A stretch of DNA of 46,720 bases from an uncultured Candidatus Saccharibacteria bacterium. GTDB taxonomy: Bacteria > Patescibacteriota > Saccharimonadia > Saccharimonadales > AWTP1-31. The translations under genes and the position numbers were made by a program. Below are positions 41,929 to 46,720 of this stretch, piece by piece. Positions within the stretch are counted from its first letter, which is position 1, and every line of letters begins with the position of its first letter. Below the pieces are notes generated by a model. It was not told where the DNA came from and did no database searches. It worked only from the letters and a program-made list of their open reading frames with translations. The stretch is taken from assembly GCA_964629815.1 (NCBI GenBank), contig CAZVTA010000003.1, positions 1 through 46,720 of the forward strand, written 5' to 3'.

Positions 41929-42186
41929 TTACAGAAAACGTGCTTCTACCTGCTCTTTGTTTATGCCATTGGTTATGTCCGTATAGCCTAGCTGAGATAG
42001 TAGCTGCATGGCCACATTGGAGCGTGCACCTGTTCGGCAGTAGACGATTAACGGAGTATCCTTCGCTAGGTTTGCTAGTTGTTTTGCGCCCTGCATGAGT
42101 TCGGTGGGCGGGATATTCAGTGCTCCGTCAACGTGCCCGCTAACAAATTCTTCGGGTTCTCGTACGTCGATGATTACTTTATTCAT
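41929..42186 (-). CDS. Single-domain rhodanese (sulfurtransferase)
   Basis: Active-site loop CRTGARS and the typical 85-aa size. Confidence 0.8.
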   Translation of the reverse strand: MNKVIIDVREPEEFVSGHVDGALNIPPTELMQGAKQLANLAKDTPLIVYCRTGARSNVAMQLLSQLGYTDITNGINKEQVEARFL

Positions 42187-42204
42187 AGTTTAAGTATACT
42201 AGAA

Positions 42205-43548
42205 TCACACAACAAGACGTTCTATATATGTTTTGTCGCCGACGTCGCGACGGAATGCTAGTGGCGTACTATTACCGAGGCCTTGATTTATAGCGGAAAT
42301 AATATGTTCGCGAGCTTTCCAAGGAGTGCTTGCAAGGGCGGAAATACCGACGCTTCGCGATGAACCGACGGTTTTGTAGCGGCGAGGTGATATGCGTGTG
42401 CTGGCTGCAAAACGAACGTTACAACCCAGCGAGTCTGCAATATCGGTGTCGAGTTCATACTCGTACTGTGGCCCAATTTCGTAGCCGTATTCTGGTGCTA
42501 CTAAGTAAATCATGGCAGATGCAAGATCTTTATAGCGGATGTCGTTATGGCGAAGTTCGCCCATTGCAATGCTAGTAAGTGCAGCACCAAGGTCAATATC
42601 ATCGTCCAGTAGTTCGGCTATGTTGATGAGCTCTGGGTCGCCACCGCGAGCATTTATCTCGACTATTTTGAGTCCCTGCTTTGTTTTAAAGAATGTTGGG
42701 TAGAGAATTCCTTTGTATGGTGTATCTCGCTCATCTAGTTCTTGCAACACACGTTTCATAAGGTTCATTGCTTCGTCGTAGTCTGTTTGGTCGACAAATG
42801 GCAAATGTTCGCTCGGTTTTACGCTAAAGACTCCCATGCCACCGGTGCCGGGGCCCGTATCGCCATCTTCGCGGTAAGGGTAATCGTATGTTTCGGGCGG
42901 TCGAACGAGTGTCCGTCCGTCGGTAAAAATTTGCAGCGTAAATTCATGGCCGGCTAGTTTTTCTTGAACTTCTATGCCTGATTGCGTAGGGTCTGTTAAG
43001 ACCTGGCGTGCATAGGCTCGCGCCTCATCAAACGTATCAAAATGCTTACCCATAACCTTCACGCCTTTTCCGCCGGCAAGGTTTCGTGGTTTTAGTGCAA
43101 TTTCTTGCCCAAATGTTTCAAAATAGTCAATTGCTTCAAGCGCACTTCGCAGCGATGCGGCCATAAAGTTTACTGGATTATACTTTGGGCCGATTTCATC
43201 GATAATGTCGCGAAGGTAAAATTTATCCCATTCAATCCGGGCGGCTTCTTTGGTGGGGCAGGGAATGAGGATATTCGGTAGCCGGTCCTGTACGGCGTCG
43301 ACTACGCCAGCAGCAAGTGCATCGTCGAAGTTGGTCAAAAACATATCGGGTTGAACATGTTCGACCCAGTCTGCGATGGTTTTGGTGTCTGTAATGCTGC
43401 CGATAGTACTAATACTGCCGTTGGATACAGTAGCATGGTCGAGCAGACCAGGATTCTCCCATTGCCCAAGAACATGCAGTCGATGCCCTTCAAGCCTATC
43501 GGCAAGAGCATGGTCGCGACCCATATGTCCTAGCAGCGCTATATCCAT
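42205..43548 (-). CDS. purD: Phosphoribosylamine--glycine ligase (PurD)-like ATP-grasp enzyme
   Basis: GRDHALADRL (cf. GREHALAWKL), GDTGPGTGGMG (cf. DTGPNTGGMG), EINARGGDPE (cf. EFNCRFGDPE), GSSRSVGISAL (cf. NGGRVL.VTAL). Confidence 0.7.
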   Translation of the reverse strand: MDIALLGHMGRDHALADRLEGHRLHVLGQWENPGLLDHATVSNGSISTIGSITDTKTIADWVEHVQPDMFLTNFDDALAAGVVDAVQDRLPNILIPCPTKEAARIEWDKFYLRDIIDEIGPKYNPVNFMAASLRSALEAIDYFETFGQEIALKPRNLAGGKGVKVMGKHFDTFDEARAYARQVLTDPTQSGIEVQEKLAGHEFTLQIFTDGRTLVRPPETYDYPYREDGDTGPGTGGMGVFSVKPSEHLPFVDQTDYDEAMNLMKRVLQELDERDTPYKGILYPTFFKTKQGLKIVEINARGGDPELINIAELLDDDIDLGAALTSIAMGELRHNDIRYKDLASAMIYLVAPEYGYEIGPQYEYELDTDIADSLGCNVRFAASTRISPRRYKTVGSSRSVGISALASTPWKAREHIISAINQGLGNSTPLAFRRDVGDKTYIERLVV

Positions 43549-43598
43549 ACTATCAGCATAGCAGATTAGTATATCTATCTAATCGGTACAACGCGCGA

Positions 43599-43862
43599 TT
43601 ACTTTTCTCTTGGGCGTGCAATGTGGTCGATTATAACTCCAGCTAGACAGGCAACGATGCCAGTATTACGGCTAAATATAGCGACATTTGCGAGTAGCGT
43701 ACTGGTTTTAAGCGATTGCTCACTATTACTGTTGAACGTATCTCCAGCTTGTTCATACGCGTTTAGTAGAGAAATTATGGCTAGAACTATGCTGAGGGCA
43801 ACTAATAGTCCACCAACAATAATAAGTTTTTTTGCCAGGTTTTTGTTTATATATTTTTTCAC
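43599..43862 (-). CDS. Small two-TM membrane protein
   Basis: ORF with two hydrophobic segments. Confidence 0.45.
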   Translation of the reverse strand: MKKYINKNLAKKLIIVGGLLVALSIVLAIISLLNAYEQAGDTFNSNSEQSLKTSTLLANVAIFSRNTGIVACLAGVIIDHIARPREK

Positions 43863-43940
43863 TAGGCTAATTTTATCATCAAAACCCGTTAAGTGGATTA
43901 GTTTAAGGTGCGTCAGCCAGGATATGCTATTATTGGATTT

Positions 43941-44141
43941 ATGGCATATATACGATCTAACGAAGACTATTACCGAAGCCTTGGGTATGGTCCAGAAACG
44001 GCAGAGGCTATGGGGCGCGCAGCAGATGCGGGTGAGTCACTTGACGAGGGGTTTTGTAACCCCATGAAACAAAGATTCGCAGATGAGGTGGTTAAGTCAT
44101 ATATTCAAGATCCAGAGCGTGGCTTAGATATTATTGATTAA
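43941..44141 (+). CDS. Small hypothetical protein
   Basis: Start set at ATG 43941, 7 nt after the extended -10 TGcTATTAT (43925-43933). The ORF track starts at GTG 43908. Confidence 0.4.
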   Translation: MAYIRSNEDYYRSLGYGPETAEAMGRAADAGESLDEGFCNPMKQRFADEVVKSYIQDPERGLDIID

Positions 44142-44204
44142 ATAAATACGTCATTCTGTCTAACTACATGTTGATTGGAGTGCCCACCGTGGAATATGTG
44201 GTGA

Positions 44205-44555
44205 CTACTCTTCAGGTAGAATTTGATCCCATTTTTCTGGATTTGAGTAGGTATCTAGAACCTCAACATCTCTAGCACCTTCACAAAAGTCTTCTGACAT
44301 CTTACTCCAATGTCGTCCACTAAAGTGTGCGATTCCTGCTATAGCCAACCAGCTACCGCCATTCATAATATATGGCGATAAAGTTTGTGAATGATAATCA
44401 ACGCCAGCTAAGTCTACCACACCGATTATCGTCTCAGTTATAGCACCCAATCCAAGTAAAATATTTCGAGAAGTAACACACAGACGAGAGTCAACTTCAC
44501 AGCTAGCTGCAATTGAACGAAGACCATGTGAAGCTCTATCAAACTCATTTGCCAT
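44205..44555 (-). CDS. Hypothetical protein
   Basis: ORF whose ATG lies 44 nt downstream of element copy C. TAGTAT sits 6 nt upstream of the ATG. Confidence 0.45.
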   Translation of the reverse strand: MANEFDRASHGLRSIAASCEVDSRLCVTSRNILLGLGAITETIIGVVDLAGVDYHSQTLSPYIMNGGSWLAIAGIAHFSGRHWSKMSEDFCEGARDVEVLDTYSNPEKWDQILPEE

Positions 44556-44599
44556 ACGTTCATACTAACCCAAAGCACTGGTATAGCCATAACCGGGAT

Positions 44600-44721
44600 T
44601 GGAGAGCCCACGGGGGCGTTCTATCGAACCATTTCCTCACTTACTCGGAGCAAGCTCCTGCGTAAGTTCGTCATGAACGAACCCAAGATTCCTAGGTTCT
44701 CGAGCCTGGTAGCCCCCAAAT
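44600..44721 (-). repeat. tRNA-3'-end-capped conserved element, copy C (Lys-linked)
   Basis: On the minus strand: AGAACCT (44694-44700), CGTTCATGACGAAC (44666-44679), AGCTTGCT (44649-44656), GAGGAAATG (44630-44638), then a 14/16 copy of the tRNA-Lys 3' end including CCA (44600-44615). Confidence 0.5.
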
Positions 44722-44747
44722 GAAAAGACCCCACCGTTGGTGAGGTC
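44722..44747 (-). terminator. Intrinsic terminator after tRNA-Lys
   Basis: On the minus strand: GACCTCACC-AAC-GGTGGGGTC (one U:G) followed by TTTTC. Confidence 0.65.
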
Positions 44748-44754
44748 ATTTCAC

Positions 44755-44831
44755 TGGAGGGCCCACTGGGACTCGAACCCAGGACACGTGGCTTAAGAGG
44801 CCACTGCTCTAACCAACTGAGCTATGGGCCC
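44755..44831 (-). tRNA. tRNA-Lys(CUU), CCA encoded
   Basis: Reverse complement: GGGCCCA acceptor, GCTC-AGTTGGTTA-GAGC, GTGGC-CTCTTAA-GCCAC (anticodon CTT), CTGGG-TTCGAGT-CCCAG, TGGGCCC, T, CCA. Confidence 0.9.
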
Positions 44832-44903
44832 ATAAAGGGACCGGGTTATTTTAACAGATTAGAAGCGCTGGGTAAAGAGGCCGGGGCGTGGTAAGATAGG
44901 ACC

Positions 44904-45710
44904 ATGAAATTACTAAATGGTAAAGAACTGGCCGATTTTATTAAGGAACGTCAGGCAAAGCAGGTGCGTGCACTGCGTCAGGCTAATGGCATACAGCCAA
45001 AACTGGCTATTGTCTTAACGATAGACCACCCTGTTATAGACGTGTATATTCGCATGAAACAACAATACGGTGCTGATATTTTGGTTGACGTGGACGTGCA
45101 CCGTGTCAAACAAAGCGAAGCAGGGCAGGTTATTCAAGAGTTAAATAGTGACGAATCTGTGCACGGTATAATCGTGCAATTGCCACTAGAAGACCCGAGT
45201 CAAACTGACGAAATTGTGAATGTGGTAGCGCCGAAAAAAGATGTTGATGCATTGGGTATAAAAGCAATCTTTACTCCGGCAACACCTATGGCGATTTTGT
45301 GGCTACTAGCAGGCTACAACATAGACCTTCTTGGCAAAAAAGTACTACTCATTGGTCGTGGCAAGCTGGTCGGTGCGCCGCTTGAAAAAATGCTACTGCA
45401 GCAAGGCGTCGATGTAAGCGTGGCAGACCGTTCTACAGAAGACCTCGCTGCCAAGACACTCGAATCGGACATTATTATTACCGCAACGGGCAGCCCAAGC
45501 ATTCTGTTCCCCGATATGATCAAGCAGGGTGCTGTGGTGGTGGATGCGGGTGTAGCAAGCGAAGATGGCAAAACCGTTGGCGACGTCGCAGAAAGTGTCT
45601 ACGAGCGCGATGATCTAACCATTACACCGGCCAAGGGTGGTGTGGGCCCACTCACTGTTTCGGCATTGTTCGATAATGTTATTCGTGCCGCTCGCGAAAG
45701 CGAAGAATAA
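44904..45710 (+). CDS. folD: Bifunctional methylenetetrahydrofolate dehydrogenase/cyclohydrolase
   Basis: Full-length FolD pattern (LNGKELA, HGIIVQLPL, PATP.A, GRG..VG.P, PGGVGP-like KGGVGPLT). ATG lies 6 nt after TGgTAAGAT. Confidence 0.9.
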   Translation: MKLLNGKELADFIKERQAKQVRALRQANGIQPKLAIVLTIDHPVIDVYIRMKQQYGADILVDVDVHRVKQSEAGQVIQELNSDESVHGIIVQLPLEDPSQTDEIVNVVAPKKDVDALGIKAIFTPATPMAILWLLAGYNIDLLGKKVLLIGRGKLVGAPLEKMLLQQGVDVSVADRSTEDLAAKTLESDIIITATGSPSILFPDMIKQGAVVVDAGVASEDGKTVGDVAESVYERDDLTITPAKGGVGPLTVSALFDNVIRAARESEE

Positions 45711-45718
45711 AGAGTCAA

Positions 45719-46720
45719 CTACAGTGCGTTTAAGAGTAGGTTGTAAATTTTTTCTGGCATAGCGTGGGGAGCAAGTGCTAAATAGTCGTAGTTGCTGGGG
45801 ATTTCGAAGCTATACTGTGTTAGTTCGGGATACTTTTTGCCGGCCATGCGCATTGCAGTACGAGATTCTTTTATTTCGCCTACACAATCGAGTGGTTTCT
45901 CGCCTGAAATACCGAGTAAGTTCTTGTACATTTCTTCTAGGTTTTGATCAGTGAGCAGGTTCTTTCCCCATATACGAGTGAGTGTAGACTCTTCGCAGAA
46001 AGGTGCCAGGGCCAAGCATGTAAAAGCGCATTTTGCACAGGAGCCACACCACCATATTGAGTTGCTATTATGGGTAAAAGCACGGTTGCACGAGCTAAAT
46101 ACATCTATATATTTACTGATTGCTAATTCACAAAACAGCTGAGCGATATGTATTTCACTAAGGGGCCGCAAAAATGAGTAATAGTTCGGTCCAGACTCGC
46201 CAAATGTTTGGTGCAAGTTTTTTTGATATGCTTTTTCAAAGTCTAATGACTTGGAATATTGATGGTTGATTTCGGTATTTTTGTAGACGAGCGTTGCTTC
46301 GTTGGCTGAGTTTTCGTTAGAAACGATTACATCTTTATAGCCTGCAAGTATGGCAACGACAGTGCCCACGCAGGCAATAATTGCCGATATGGGTATATGA
46401 CCGTTGTACGCATCTGCTTTATTGAGATCAACAAGCTGTTTATCCCAGTCGCGCTCTACCCAGAAATGCTGCAAGCCGATTTTTTCTACCAGCGGTGCGA
46501 GTTGATTACGGTGGTTAAGGCTCCACGTGGCAACCTTTGGTTGGTCTTTAAGAATCTCGGCTGTCACGAGCGAGTCTTTGCCGCCGCCGATACCTATGAG
46601 TAGGCCAGAGCCATGATATGTCGAGGCAATAGGGTTAGACACGTGCTGAGAGTGTGGAAAGGATATGTTTGTGTTTGGGTCGAGTTTATTGACGTAAAAG
46701 AATTCACCCAAACCTTTTTG
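45719..46720 (-). CDS. PP-loop (adenine-nucleotide alpha-hydrolase superfamily) protein with a C-terminal Cys cluster; N-terminus may lie outside the window
   Basis: GIGGGKDS (SGGxDS-like PP-loop) and the CGSCAKCAFTC cluster. The frame stays open to the window edge upstream of the TTG chosen by the ORF track. Confidence 0.6.
   Translation of the reverse strand, partial: QKGLGEFFYVNKLDPNTNISFPHSQHVSNPIASTYHGSGLLIGIGGGKDSLVTAEILKDQPKVATWSLNHRNQLAPLVEKIGLQHFWVERDWDKQLVDLNKADAYNGHIPISAIIACVGTVVAILAGYKDVIVSNENSANEATLVYKNTEINHQYSKSLDFEKAYQKNLHQTFGESGPNYYSFLRPLSEIHIAQLFCELAISKYIDVFSSCNRAFTHNSNSIWWCGSCAKCAFTCLALAPFCEESTLTRIWGKNLLTDQNLEEMYKNLLGISGEKPLDCVGEIKESRTAMRMAGKKYPELTQYSFEIPSNYDYLALAPHAMPEKIYNLLLNAL

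Noticed and set aside
1-46720. Search for an integrase, transposase, IS ends, CRISPR array, rRNA, tmRNA or RNase P RNA
   Set aside because: No ORF shows recombinase or transposase motifs, no spaced direct-repeat array was seen, and no intergenic gap resembles rRNA, tmRNA or RNase P. Absence is judged by eye only. Small or divergent RNAs could have been missed.

Overview
Gene-dense 46.7-kb chromosomal segment with about 70 supportable protein genes and 6 tRNA genes. I saw no rRNA, CRISPR array, transposase or integrase. Recognisable content falls into five groups. (1) Central and one-carbon metabolism: eno, a 2-hydroxyacid-dehydrogenase::phosphoglycerate-mutase fusion, glyA, folD. (2) Peptidoglycan: an HTH::MurA fusion, murB, and a PP-loop enzyme cut by the window edge. 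(3) Envelope: sortase, a processive GT2 synthase, a NodB deacetylase, a NoeA-like methyltransferase, an LtaS/sulfatase-like protein and an OmpR/HK pair. (4) Metal stress: a P1B ATPase and an LTXXQ protein. (5) A tight nucleotide-handling cluster: ITPase, two Tmk-like kinases flanking a PurC-like ligase, NUDIX, and a Gmk-like kinase. There are also many small hypothetical and membrane proteins. The gene repertoire, the many fusions and the widespread leaderless start sites suggest a reduced-genome, Gram-positive-like bacterium, possibly CPR/Patescibacteria (Saccharibacteria-like). That assignment is inference only. The most unusual signals are these. (a) A three-copy family of terminator-bounded ~120-170-nt elements. 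Each lies just downstream of a different tRNA (Pro, Arg-UCG, Lys) and ends in a 16-18-nt copy of that tRNA's 3' end including CCA. The copies share a conserved, covarying core. (b) A stand-alone 51-codon ORF that is essentially only an LPNTG sorting signal, heading a sortase-GT2 operon that lies next to a tRNA-Gly(UCC) lacking G18/G19 and C56. (c) The kinase/PurC-like/kinase/ITPase operon with a divergent NUDIX/Gmk-like pair. (d) A block of five domain-less genes driven by consensus promoters that abut their start codons.
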